In this document: in pieces, positions 27,762-38,900 of the stretch
How positions within the stretch are numbered: the first letter of the stretch is position 1
Layout of the letters: every line of letters begins with the position of its first letter
Source of the DNA: an uncultured virus (IMG/VR IMGVR_UViG_3300025769_000089)
Lineage: Duplodnaviria > Heunggongvirae > Uroviricota > Caudoviricetes
Direction: 5' to 3' (one strand)
Virus record (IMG/VR): IMGVR_UViG_3300025769_000089
DNA: 64,000 nt
Translations under genes and position numbers: made by a program
Notes under the pieces: generated by a model
Told to the model about the DNA's origin: nothing
What the model saw: only the letters and a program-made list of their open reading frames with translations
Databases searched by the model: none

Positions 27762-28046
27762 ATGGCCGACGAAAAGAGACCAGAAGAAAGCGAGGGAATA
27801 CAGATTCCTGATATTGAACAAGCAGCAGTAGTAAAATTAGACGGTATGGATTGGCATATAATCGAACATATATTTGTTGACTATGTAGGGCAGAATTTCG
27901 GTGAATATGCAAAAACTGAAACTGATATAGAAGAACTGAGGAGTAACGCTATTGGACTCTACGATAGATTTGTTGCAGCCGAAAGTGTCTTTGAAGGATT
28001 AAGGGAAGCATTAGTAATAGTGAATACAGAGTATATAGACGATTAA
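27762..28046 (+). CDS. Hypothetical acidic protein
   Basis: 94-aa ORF, last + strand gene. Confidence 0.7.
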   Translation: MADEKRPEESEGIQIPDIEQAAVVKLDGMDWHIIEHIFVDYVGQNFGEYAKTETDIEELRSNAIGLYDRFVAAESVFEGLREALVIVNTEYIDD

Positions 28047-28361
28047 CTACCTTCCTAATTTCTCAGCCATTTGTCTGAGATAACGGGACAAGCGACCATT
28101 GGCCTTCTTGGACAAGGGTTCAGCCTTGCGCTTACGAACACCCTTGAACCCAAGTTGGCCGTGGAACCTTATGTATCCGCAGAAGGAACACTCGTGCAAT
28201 ACCGCAGGCTCACCTGACAGGTATTTCCCTGAGATTGTCAAAGGTAATGATTTCCTACCACAGTTCTCGCACTTATGCCTAAGCATCTCTACTAGTCTAC
28301 CCACAACATCAACCCTTGAACAACAGGTGCCAGTCAGTGCCATCATAGACGAACCTCGCAT
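28047..28361 (-). CDS. Basic zinc-ribbon protein
   Basis: CENCG...CSFCG; true start probably near 28305. Confidence 0.65.
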   Translation of the reverse strand: MRGSSMMALTGTCCSRVDVVGRLVEMLRHKCENCGRKSLPLTISGKYLSGEPAVLHECSFCGYIRFHGQLGFKGVRKRKAEPLSKKANGRLSRYLRQMAEKLGR

Positions 28362-29490
28362 ATTGGCCGTTGGTTATATCAACGACGGCTGCCGCTGCGT
28401 TGTTGGTCTTAGCAGTGAATTTGGTGTTGAAAGAACCAGAAGTAGATATGTTCCTGACTTCTATGATATGCCCAGATGGGAAATCACCAGTAGGAGTAAG
28501 TGTAGCATGTGCACTGCCACCGTTTGGATTTACTAAGAAAACATTTTCTTGGTCAAAGGTAAACGATACATTGGCTGTCAGAATAGATATTCTGTTTGGA
28601 CCAAGCACTACAGTTTCAGTGGAAGGAGTAGCGTGTACATTTCTAGGTATACCAGCGTAAATTACACCATGCTTTCCACTCGACCTATCTTCCCTATGAC
28701 TATGCCAAATACCAGCAAAAGGACTGCCTCCAAAGTCTCCGTTTTCGGGTGACGCAAAGAAGCCGTCTAAGTCAGCAGCGGAGTTTACAGCGTTTGCTGT
28801 AGTCACATCTCCTATTGCTCCATCGGTCATAGGGGTCAGATACAGTGGACTGTTCCTCAAGAATGTCCTTCTGTCAAAGATGGTAGCAGTTGCGCTCAGC
28901 GAAGCGTTGATGTTAGCCGCACCACCTGTTACGGTGTATCTCAATACCGCTAGTACAGTTGAGTTGTGATTCAAATCAGTGTTCGCTGTGATACTTGGGT
29001 CTGACAAGAAGCGGTTAGGAATCAAAGGTGTACCCGCAGAAGCGGTGACTGGAGTTCCCATCTCATACATGAGGTGGGCTTCTGGTGAACTTCTACCAAC
29101 CAAATAAATGACAACAAATACTTCACCGCTTGAACTAGGTACGCTAGGTAGGTCGCCAGAAAAGTTAGTACTGGTGCCTATGGTGAATGCCTCTGTGCTT
29201 GCTGGACCGTTAGCGAACTTGTACATGATTCCATCAAGTACACAATAACCACCGTTGATAGTAACTACGCCACCACTTGATACTGTAACGAAACCGGGTG
29301 TACCTGTTACGATACTGTTTCTCAAAGAGTCACCAGCAGCCCCGTCACCTAATCTGATGATACCGTTGCCATGCAGCCCTTCGTACATATTAGTAAGACT
29401 AGGGCTAGTAAGGCCATCTCCATCACGGAGTCCTTGTGAGTTAGCACCGTATCCAGTAGCACTTGTATGTCCTGCTTTTGGATTGGTCAT
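28309..29490 (-). CDS. Virion tail/fibre-associated protein
   Basis: 393 aa, G/S/T-rich; fibre-like C-terminus (FVYDGTDW). Confidence 0.6.
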   Translation of the reverse strand: MTNPKAGHTSATGYGANSQGLRDGDGLTSPSLTNMYEGLHGNGIIRLGDGAAGDSLRNSIVTGTPGFVTVSSGGVVTINGGYCVLDGIMYKFANGPASTEAFTIGTSTNFSGDLPSVPSSSGEVFVVIYLVGRSSPEAHLMYEMGTPVTASAGTPLIPNRFLSDPSITANTDLNHNSTVLAVLRYTVTGGAANINASLSATATIFDRRTFLRNSPLYLTPMTDGAIGDVTTANAVNSAADLDGFFASPENGDFGGSPFAGIWHSHREDRSSGKHGVIYAGIPRNVHATPSTETVVLGPNRISILTANVSFTFDQENVFLVNPNGGSAHATLTPTGDFPSGHIIEVRNISTSGSFNTKFTAKTNNAAAAVVDITNGQYARFVYDGTDWHLLFKG

Positions 29491-29849
29491 TGTCCCACCT
29501 CGATTATTGCTGAGAATTTAATTTCATTGTTAGCAGTCTTTTCTATAGAATTGTAGGTGTATCTACAGAAGTCAGTTGTATCTGTAGAGTCAGTTGGATT
29601 CTTATATCTAATAACCACTTCTCTCAAAGGTAGCGTGAAACTCACATCTAATGACAGTTTTGCTTCAACCGACAGCGTGTTATCGTCTATGACCTTGACA
29701 TCGGGTGTAACGACCACTGCTGGTCTACCTATACCCCCATCCTGCTGGGTGGCGACTGTTCCGTCGAACCCAAACACTACTTCGTTTATTCTCGCTCTCA
29801 ATGTATCTATCAAAAATCTGGCTCCTTCATTTAGTACGGGCACTATCAT
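29487..29849 (-). CDS. Putative tail/baseplate protein
   Basis: 120 aa, beta-rich, in structural operon. Confidence 0.55.
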   Translation of the reverse strand: MIVPVLNEGARFLIDTLRARINEVVFGFDGTVATQQDGGIGRPAVVVTPDVKVIDDNTLSVEAKLSLDVSFTLPLREVVIRYKNPTDSTDTTDFCRYTYNSIEKTANNEIKFSAIIEVGQ

Positions 29850-31735
29850 CCTCTCCTTGTCTTAGAATATTTAGTCTGAACTACACCTATCTTGAGATAG
29901 TCGTTTCTGGATTCTGGTAAAGTGTCTGGTAGTAAGTACAGTTCTTCGTCATTATCGATTGAATGAACTATTCTTGAATTTAACGCTACTGTAGTAGCCC
30001 CCATACCAGATGATGCTCTATGACCTATCTTGTTACCAGACTTATCATAAATCGCTTGGTTAGATACACTGAAAGCAGTAAGAGCGCTTGTACCGCTTAC
30101 TGTAAGAGAAGTAATAGAACCAGTAGCAGGGTTATAGCCTAAGTTGGTGATAACGACTTTACCACCAGTACCTCCACTTATCGTTAACTCTTCACCTACA
30201 ACATACCCACTTCCGGCGGTATGTAAACTAGCATAGATGATATTACCAGAAGAATTCACTTCAATGTTTACCTTAGCACCCGTACCAGAACCACCTGTCG
30301 TTGTTACATTCGGAATTTTACCCGGAGTGTACCCTGTGCCAGCAGCAGATATTCTGAAAGCAGATACACCATCGAAGTCAATCAAAACACCTGTACTTTC
30401 TAACCTACGACCACCATGAATCGTATCTCTATTGGGCTGACCAAGATTAAATCCTACTCCTCTGTTAGAATCTACCCTTTCAGCAATTTGCCAACTGACC
30501 TTTATCTTCAAACCAAAAGATGTGCTGAATTCTTCGACGCTAAACTGTCTATTCCTGTCAAAGTTGTCATCTAGCGTACTACTGATGTCTACTTCTTGGA
30601 ATTTCTGCAAAACATCCTCAAGTGTACCATCAACCGAGTTGACATGAAGGTCTGACTTGCGATTTATTAAATCATAAGTGCCGCTTAGCACTATTTTCTT
30701 GTCACTGTCGTGTCTAGCCTGATAACTTACCAAATCACCGGGCTGAACGGCAGTTCCTGCCAAAACATCACTATATTTCTTAGAACCAGTGGCCTTTTTA
30801 GCCATTCTCAACATATTCTGACCTATTTTTCTGGCACTAGCCTTAGTTAGGGCAGTCGGAGCCGATATTCCGCCCGGTACTTCGTTCACAGTGTCTACTT
30901 GAGTGCCAAAGTCATCTACTTGGACTACATTTTGGTCATTATTAGCCCTCGACTTGCCTCTAACTACTACTCTGTTAGGTACAGCGTCATTATTGTTCTC
31001 AGATGTACCTCCAGATACTCTATTTTCATTCAAAAAGTGCTCTCTTTCTACCTGAGTCTGAGGTACATAGAGCAAATTACCAAATCTGTCGCTTCTAGGC
31101 GAGTAATAATCGTGCTTAGACAGATATCTGAGAGCAGTAATAGAATCAACACCGTAAAAGTCCATAGCCAAGAAAGTTCCACTGGGTGTAGCGGCCTTTA
31201 TTCCGTTGATTGAACTCTTAGAGGAGTTACCTACCTTGATTGCTAGGTCAGAAGTCCGTAGCCCTACTCCCACTTTCTGAGCAAAACGGATAGTTTTGTC
31301 AGTAAAGCCTAGGTCATGTAACTTTCTACCCTTCAAGTTCTCTATTCCGTACCTATTACCCTTGTTTGATGTCTTGATTTCGGACATGACTAATGCTTGA
31401 GCATGGTTTTCACTACCAACAGCCAGCGCAGGTAGCGTACTAGTAGTGTTCACTTTGTCACCATCATAAAACAAAGAGCCCTCATAGGTCATACTGTCTG
31501 TCGGATTGTGAAGCAAACGGATAGTATCTTCTTCCTCGATGAGTTTGTATCTACGCTCAGGTGTAGGTATGAAGTCCGTTTTGGTAGGTTTGTTAGCCGC
31601 AAAGCCAGCCTTTACTTTGGTGTATTGAGCGTGGCGTACAGCGTTATCAACAAAGCGTGGCTTACGAATCCTCTTCATCACAGTGTTCTGAACAGCGTCT
31701 GCTCGACCTGTTGCGAGATTCTTACCTAGAGCCAT
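29846..31735 (-). CDS. Putative baseplate-hub-like tail protein with inserted beta modules
   Basis: DRFGNLLY, NRVVVRG, QPGDLV hub-like pattern; Gly-rich insert near C-terminus. Confidence 0.55.
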   Translation of the reverse strand: MALGKNLATGRADAVQNTVMKRIRKPRFVDNAVRHAQYTKVKAGFAANKPTKTDFIPTPERRYKLIEEEDTIRLLHNPTDSMTYEGSLFYDGDKVNTTSTLPALAVGSENHAQALVMSEIKTSNKGNRYGIENLKGRKLHDLGFTDKTIRFAQKVGVGLRTSDLAIKVGNSSKSSINGIKAATPSGTFLAMDFYGVDSITALRYLSKHDYYSPRSDRFGNLLYVPQTQVEREHFLNENRVSGGTSENNNDAVPNRVVVRGKSRANNDQNVVQVDDFGTQVDTVNEVPGGISAPTALTKASARKIGQNMLRMAKKATGSKKYSDVLAGTAVQPGDLVSYQARHDSDKKIVLSGTYDLINRKSDLHVNSVDGTLEDVLQKFQEVDISSTLDDNFDRNRQFSVEEFSTSFGLKIKVSWQIAERVDSNRGVGFNLGQPNRDTIHGGRRLESTGVLIDFDGVSAFRISAAGTGYTPGKIPNVTTTGGSGTGAKVNIEVNSSGNIIYASLHTAGSGYVVGEELTISGGTGGKVVITNLGYNPATGSITSLTVSGTSALTAFSVSNQAIYDKSGNKIGHRASSGMGATTVALNSRIVHSIDNDEELYLLPDTLPESRNDYLKIGVVQTKYSKTRRG

Positions 31736-31741
31736 TTTAAC

Positions 31742-32224
31742 TCACCCCCTGTTTTGTTTAAATTTTCCTAATGCTCTTTCAAAATCTTTTAATTGACTTT
31801 GATAATAAGTATTAAATCCGGCCATTTCACCCAATCGTTGTAACAAATTACTATTTTTCTTCCAATCGTTATATGATTGGCCTCGCCATATTTCCTGTGT
31901 ATCTTCGGCTTTGACTCCTTCGGGGTAGCGAACAGCATAGTTCGCACCTTGTTTTACAGAATCAACTGTATCGGGTATGTAATGGACTAAAGGTGTGCGG
32001 TCATATTTCCCTCTTCCATACCCACTCATGGCAAAATCCATCACAGTATCTTGCGAAAGTTGACTTTCATCGGGCGTAGCCCATACTGCTGTTTGACCTG
32101 CCATACCGCCTGTTCCTTGTCTTGGCTCAATCATACCTTGTTGCATTGATTGGTCAAAATACTCAGCACTTGTGCCACGCATAGGCATTTTCAAAACCGC
32201 CCAAGCCTTCTCCATCGGTGTCAT
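31742..32224 (-). CDS. AWxxLK-leader protein, possible ADP-ribosyltransferase fold
   Basis: MTPMEKAWAVLK leader; MRGTS...GMIEP...VWATPD...DFA pattern; GGAGGTGA RBS. Confidence 0.5.
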   Translation of the reverse strand: MTPMEKAWAVLKMPMRGTSAEYFDQSMQQGMIEPRQGTGGMAGQTAVWATPDESQLSQDTVMDFAMSGYGRGKYDRTPLVHYIPDTVDSVKQGANYAVRYPEGVKAEDTQEIWRGQSYNDWKKNSNLLQRLGEMAGFNTYYQSQLKDFERALGKFKQNRG

Positions 32225-32988
32225 GCGGTTTGCTCACCTCCGAAATTTAACTGCGTTTGGAAAGGGTCTTGCGGTTGCTGAAAAGGAGTAGGTTGCATGT
32301 ATTGAGTCATCTGTTGATTATAGTTATCCATCGCTTGTTGATACGCTTCTTTTCCTCCACTAAGAAATTGCCTTACCCTAGAAGGGGGTTGAGGCATAAC
32401 TTCGCCTCTTTGATTTACAATTGGGAATTGAGTAGGGGAAGCATCTTCTCTTTCTTCTACTCTAATACTCGCATGCCTTTGACTTTCAGCAGGGAAAGAC
32501 ATATTTCTGTCTATAATATCTTGCCGACCTTCTCTTGCTTGCATTGTATCTCCTAATACTTCATTTGACATTGGAACATTTGTTAAAAATTGCCTTGGTA
32601 TATTACCACCAAAATGTTCCGCCCCCGCATAATCATCCGGGTTCTTCAAACCATGACTTAAACCAATGTAGTTAGGGTGATTTTGGTCAAACGCCGCCTG
32701 TCTAATTCCTATCAACTTAGGTTGAGATACATTACTTGGCGTATTTCTTGCTTTACCGCTTCTTTGCACTGCATAAGTAGCCGATTCTGAAGGGTTAGTG
32801 CTTATAGTTGCATAATTAGGGTCAGGATTTTGCATACCTGCTCCGCCCATTATATCCATGAAGTTATCACCTGTGGTGCCATGATAAGCAACTACAGGGC
32901 CGTAAGGTGAAGGAAAAAAATCTTCATGCTCACCAAGCGTAGTCTGACGCTTTAGTATCATCCAAGCCTCATCCATCGGTGTCATGCG
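32201..32988. repeat. 27-bp direct repeat, 25/27 identical (32201-32227, 32962-32988)
   Basis: ccaagcctTCtccatcggtgtcatgcg vs ccaagcctCAtccatcggtgtcatgcg; encodes the leader MTPMxxAW. Confidence 0.95.
32221..32985 (-). CDS. AWxxLK-leader protein with ADP-ribosyltransferase-like domain and Q/P-rich tail
   Basis: MTPMDEAWMILK leader (ATG 32985); AYHGTT, ISTNPSESATYA, EHFGGNIPRQFL. Confidence 0.62.
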   Translation of the reverse strand: MTPMDEAWMILKRQTTLGEHEDFFPSPYGPVVAYHGTTGDNFMDIMGGAGMQNPDPNYATISTNPSESATYAVQRSGKARNTPSNVSQPKLIGIRQAAFDQNHPNYIGLSHGLKNPDDYAGAEHFGGNIPRQFLTNVPMSNEVLGDTMQAREGRQDIIDRNMSFPAESQRHASIRVEEREDASPTQFPIVNQRGEVMPQPPSRVRQFLSGGKEAYQQAMDNYNQQMTQYMQPTPFQQPQDPFQTQLNFGGEQTA

Positions 32989-32990
32989 CT

Positions 32991-35900
32991 TCACTCCCCG
33001 CTATGGTCTCCGGTATTATAAGATGCATCCTCTTTGCTACCCTTTGGATGTAGCGTCTGGCTGTGCCTCGGTTGAACACTGTAATCACCCTCGTCATCAT
33101 CTATAGAACGACGGCTTGCGTCGGCTCGGAAGTGCTCAAGAGTATTTTCTGACATGACCATTCTGGCGACTGGGCTGGTAATATCTGACTTATCATAACC
33201 TGTGACATCGACACCGGGTATATTCGGCCCTTGACTAACAGGTACAGTTGTACTGGTCGCTGGGTCTACTGTATAGACAGGTGCGTAAGGCGGATTACTC
33301 GGAGTGCCTGTACGAGCGCCCGGTGCGTCACTAGTGAACATACCATACTTTCCACCAGCAGTAGCCCTGTAAAAGTTCGAGTTTTCTTGAGGACTACTAC
33401 CTTTCAGTGCTACATAAGACCTGAACATTTGACTGTGCTTGAAGTCTAACCCAAACGCTGGTCTATACAAGAATTGTATGTTGCTGTCGGAGTGGTTTAG
33501 GTTTTCTTTTAGAGGGTGTTGATGATTGCTGTCTTGATACGGGTTAGATGAGGTAGTAACTCCATCTTTGCCCCAACCTGTAACATCCAAATTACCAGCG
33601 TGTTTATTCCAATCTATTACATAAGTACCACCAAGTGGCCACATGGCGTGTGCGTCAGAGTGCTTAACTACACCAGTGACAGGAGCAGCACTCCAATTAA
33701 GAGCAGTCATATCTAAATCTTTGAGAGTTCTACTTCCGAAGTTATATGCTCCTCTAATGTTAGTCCTTTGTCCGACTTCTCTGTCTGTATGTAGACTGTG
33801 GGCTTCTGTTGACATGACAATGTATTCTCTGCTTACACCGTCGTTTAGTTCTGCGATAGTGTCTACATCCAGCCCCAATCTGACATCATCTCTTGATACA
33901 GGCTCAGCACCTCTAGTATCTGCGTTGACAGTTTCGATAGCCTCACCAACATGTGCGCTAGGCTTGAGCAGTCCGTCATCGGAATCTAAGTCTACTCTAT
34001 CACTGATACCTCTTTCGATTTCGCCAGCCTGCAATATCTCGTTGCTTGGTCTAACCAAGCCTTGTCCGTAAACAGGTTCGGCTGTGTTACTTGATAGTAC
34101 AAGTCCCGTAGCGTCATGGTTTTCGCTGACAGCCATAAGTAGACTTTCGTTGAAAACTGTAGGCCATCTACAGCCTCTACCGTCTCCTCGGTCACCGACT
34201 CTCAGCATACTTGCTGGGTTGAACCAGTCAACGGTTCCCATGTTGGTGCCGTCGTTATTGACTGTGTTCGCATTACCGCTTTGTCTGTCATTACCGTCTC
34301 CACCAAACAAACCGCTTGCAGCAGGTCTATGACCGACATTCGTATCTTTGTAAGCGTCTTCTGGGTCCCAAGAAGGTCGTAGCCCGAATCCTCTTACAGG
34401 GAAACGCCTGACATCTTCACCACGAGTGTTGCCCCACCAGTCGACCATGTAATGTCTGTGAGCCTGTGACAACTCTTCGATACCTTGTCCTTCTTCATCA
34501 TTAGGGAAGAAACGAGTTACAGTAGATGCATTTCTTGCAGTTCTAACCGGGCAACCAAACGGCCCTGTCATTCTTCTACCGTCACTGTATCTGACCTGAC
34601 GACCAAGTTGGTCTTGTCCGAGCAAACTAGAAACTTGTGTTATTCTCTCAAGTATACCTACATACAGCGCATCGAAATCGACATCTACTTGACCGCTGAC
34701 ACTACCTACATAATCCCAACCATTTGTCTTAGAATCTTGTTGGATTAGTGGCCCGTTGTAGTATCCAAGCATAGCGTTTGAATCGGCTACTTCTAACCAA
34801 CCACGAATGTAAGGAGACCACCTTGGTCTGTTATATAGTTGCCTAACCGCCATTCTATAACCAAAGCATCTGTTTCTATCGTTGGGCAAAGATAGCGTAG
34901 CAACTCCAGTTGAGTCTTGATATGTTTCACAGTCCATGCCAAAGGTATCGCTACCCCAACCCATCAGTGAATGCCCATATGATTCGAGCCTACTAACAGC
35001 ACCCCCACCGTGGCTTCCACCCGGCCAAAATCCAAAGAAGTTGTATTTGTTTGAACCTACCGTTCCTCCTTGGTGGTTCAGTGTACCAGAACCGTCAGTG
35101 AGTGCATCTATCTCAGAAGCAGTGTAAACTGTACCGTCATGACTTAGAGCAGTACCGCTGTCATTATCGTGGTCACGAGGTGGCGCTGGCCACTTCATAC
35201 CAAGTGCAAACGGACCCTTGCTGGCAACATAATTGAAATCGTGATAATGTATAGTCTCAAAATGCTCCGGCACATGGTTGTACGGTTTTTGGTCTACAGG
35301 TGTATCAGCCGCACCTGCTTTGGTATAGATAGCCCTAGAAGAGTCATCGCTATACCAAGTAAATGGTCTACCCAAATTAGGGTGCCACATACAAAGGAAA
35401 GCGTCAGCAGGATGTAAGGAATTTGTATCTCTACTACCGTTAGCCAATTGAGGTAAGTTTCTAGTCAGTAGGCTTGTTTCCGAATCTAAATAAAGTGCAT
35501 CAGAAGTATCATTATCGTAAGGTCTACTTAATTTTAATATAATTGCTTCATTGGTGTTTATGTTTGCCCAAAAACCAGCAGTTATTTCTGTAACTCCATC
35601 GAATGCTACTGGTTGACCTAGACTCCCTGTAGCAAGTGTACCCCTAACATCTGTGTAAGAAGCAGTATATCTTTTACCGTCTCTCGTATATTCTAATACT
35701 TCTCCGAAATAAGGATAAACCGGGAACAAGTCAGCGTTGTCGACTAAGATTTCACCGGAGCGAACTTCTCCATACATCACTACGCAGTGAGGATTTAAAC
35801 TTCTGACTCTCTTGTGCGGCTCGTATATGTCAAGGAAAGATGTAGGGTATCCGGCCAAAGTGATTTGAGCGCCGACTGCACCGTAACCTGCTCTACACAA

Positions 35901-38900
35901 CTCGTAGTAATTATCAGGTTTGTACCACTCAAGGTGTTTGAATTTATTTGCACCACTAGCAGTTGCACCGTCTTTGTGCAGTATACTCCACCAAGGTATG
36001 GTCAAGGTTCTGCCCGGAGTAGAACTTACAAACATACCCGGTCTGTAAGGTAGGCTTCTTCTAGTAAAGGAAGGGCTAGTAGATTCTTGTACACCGAGTG
36101 GATTGTAAAGTGCCAAAGGTGGAAGAGAAGCAAACTGGCTACCGGGGTCAGGGTCGATATCCAATATGACTTCATTGAGTATTACTTCACATCCTCTTAC
36201 ATCAGCCATCATAGCCTCGGCTAAGATAAGAGCATAAGCACCTCTAGTGTTGACATTCTTTTCTATGGCAATTACTGTGTTAACCTGTTGACCTGTCAGT
36301 TCAGTTACTTTTGCACCAGCCTCACTAGGTGCCTTTACAGCGTTACTATGATTCTGATGGAAACCTTGTAACTGTTGTTTAAACACATTCGGCTGAATGA
36401 TAATCTGATAAGCACCTACTTCCAGTGGGTCTGGGAAGTGGTTGTTCATAGTGTATGTAGCCGCTGCTTCGAGAACAAGTGTATGTCCTCCTGCTGCGTT
36501 TATGTCACCTGCGTTAGTACCTACGCTGGCCGCTATACCGTATCCTTCATACTTTAGTTTGGTTTCAGTAAGTAGCGTAAATGCACCACCGTGTATATCG
36601 CTTGGGCCGTATGCCGCACTCGCTGCTGAGAACCACAGCAGTGGGTCTCTAGTAAAGCCTTTAGCGGTTACATCTTCCGAATCTAACCCTAGTCTACTTG
36701 CTTCTATCGTACCAATCAAGTCACTGTCAAAAGGAGAATAACTAGAACTTTTACAAGCAGTATGTAAGTCGTATATTCTTTGATAGGCAGGGTGAGCATA
36801 ATGTCCGGGCATCAATGCCATGCTCGGAGTGACATAGTGGTGACCCATTCTTGGGATAGGCATAGGTGTCATCCTTGGAGAACTTATGTAATTATGGGGA
36901 GTGGATGGTATTCGGAAATCATCAGCACTAGTCTGCATATTAGTATACATATCATGCCAATCTATCTTTTTCATATCTGGACTTGCACCACTGTACTCGC
37001 TGTGGTCTCTTAGTCTACGAGCAGCAAACATTCTTGTTGTTCCAGCAGGGACATAATAAGAAGGTACCACTCTTAGATTATTAGTACCGTCGTCATTATC
37101 AGTAATGAATTGTTCAAATTCTGGACTATACACCACTCCGGTAAACTTCTTACTACCTGTACCTGTGTAAGATGCTATTACACCTTTGTCTGTAGCAGGG
37201 TTATAGACTCTTAAGAAATATCTACCACCGCTTAATTGACTGGTATCTAACCAAACTGATGCTTCGGGGGTTAAATTAACTTGTAAGTCAGTACCACTAA
37301 TTCCTCTATACTCCTTTTCGTCTAAGTCATAACGATGAGTCATTGTTGTTCCCATTCTTGTCACATGGAAATATAACGACCTGTCGTGAGGCTCAAATGA
37401 AGACTTGAGAGGGTTATTATCAGTATGGTCGTGCCAACCTTCTTTGTTAGATGCAGGGAACTTTAATCTACTATTGGCTTGAGCCAAAGAAATATCATCA
37501 CTGTCCTGACTGAGATGTTCCCAGCCATTGTTTTCCCATGTTGGCCAAAGTCTCGGTCCAGCATATTCATGGTCGAACATTTGTCTTATCTGAGTTATAT
37601 TTTGAGCAGGATGTTGTAGACCACCAGAACCAATCGTTTCGTTTTGATAGCCCTGTATTCTGTCAAATCCTGACCTAATTACAATGTTACCCGGTACTTC
37701 ATCTGGGTTCGGCAGTCTGATTTTGAGATTTGGATTTACACCGGCACCGGCTAGAGCAGGCGCAAGTCCTTCTATTTCTCTGTCACTGATGTGCCTAAAG
37801 TCCATAATCACGGTACCGAAAGGAGAGCCACCCTCTATCCTGTGCTCTTGACCTGTGTCATCAACTACCTGTAAACTGTCGAACTGTAGGTGTTCGTTTG
37901 GTATAAGTAAGGCATTCCTTACTTCAAGAGGATGTTGCTCTGCCAACTGAGGGTGTCCTAATTCCTGTGCTTGGATGATTGGGAACATAGCGGCATTTGT
38001 AGTCTCGAAACTAAATCTTACATTACCAAGTATCTTTTCTCCTACTAGTTTGTAATCAGTAACGCCGCTATCTTTCCTCTTAACCCAAGGAATCATACCG
38101 AGACCTCTAGCGTTAACAGCAGGCATGGTTAGACTGCCGCCATCCATACGCTTCCAAACGACATGTTCAGGTAGGAAATTTCTTGCTGCACTTCTCTTGT
38201 TGTAATAACCAAACAAACCAGTATGACCTTGGTTAGCGGCTGAATCTAAGTAATGGTCTTGTCCAGTTATACCTACGCACTCAGTAGCATAAGTACCTTG
38301 ACTTTCGTGTAATGTATTGCTCGGTAACAGACTTTCATCCCAGAACAAATCACCAGTAGGATATCTACAAGCGTTGGCTCTTACCATGTCACCACTTTGG
38401 AAAGCCCTATGCCACTTATTATCAGCGGGCAAAGCGTTTCCGGCAGGATAATCTTCAGCAACCACTGGGACAAACTGACTGCTGTGTATCTGTACTTCTA
38501 CATGAGGGCCAGCAGTGGCGGGTCCAACATATCGGTCTTTATTGTGAATCTTCGTAGTATCCCAAGCAATGGTTCCAACACCGTCATGTCTGTCTGTCTG
38601 GTTAGCAATTAGTAAATCACCCGTACAGTTTGTTCCGTTACGGTCAGCCTTAGCAATCAAAGGTAATTCACTTTCGTGACTAATCACAATCAAGTGCCTG
38701 CTGGCTAAACCAGTAACGCAATAGTCAGATGTAAATGTATTAGCGGCAGTTTCTCCAGTAACAGTTACAGGTGCAGAGCCAGTCAAACAAGTCTCCGCTG
38801 CACCATATGGATTAAAGCCCAAGAAAGGATGCCAAGCGCCCAATCCGGCAGCGTAAGTATTACTACCCAAATCTAATGAGTTAAAGTAAGAATATCTCTC

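Noticed and set aside
32201..32988. Diversity-generating retroelement TR/VR pair
   Set aside because: The repeat is only 27 bp, lies at gene starts, and no reverse transcriptase is present in the window
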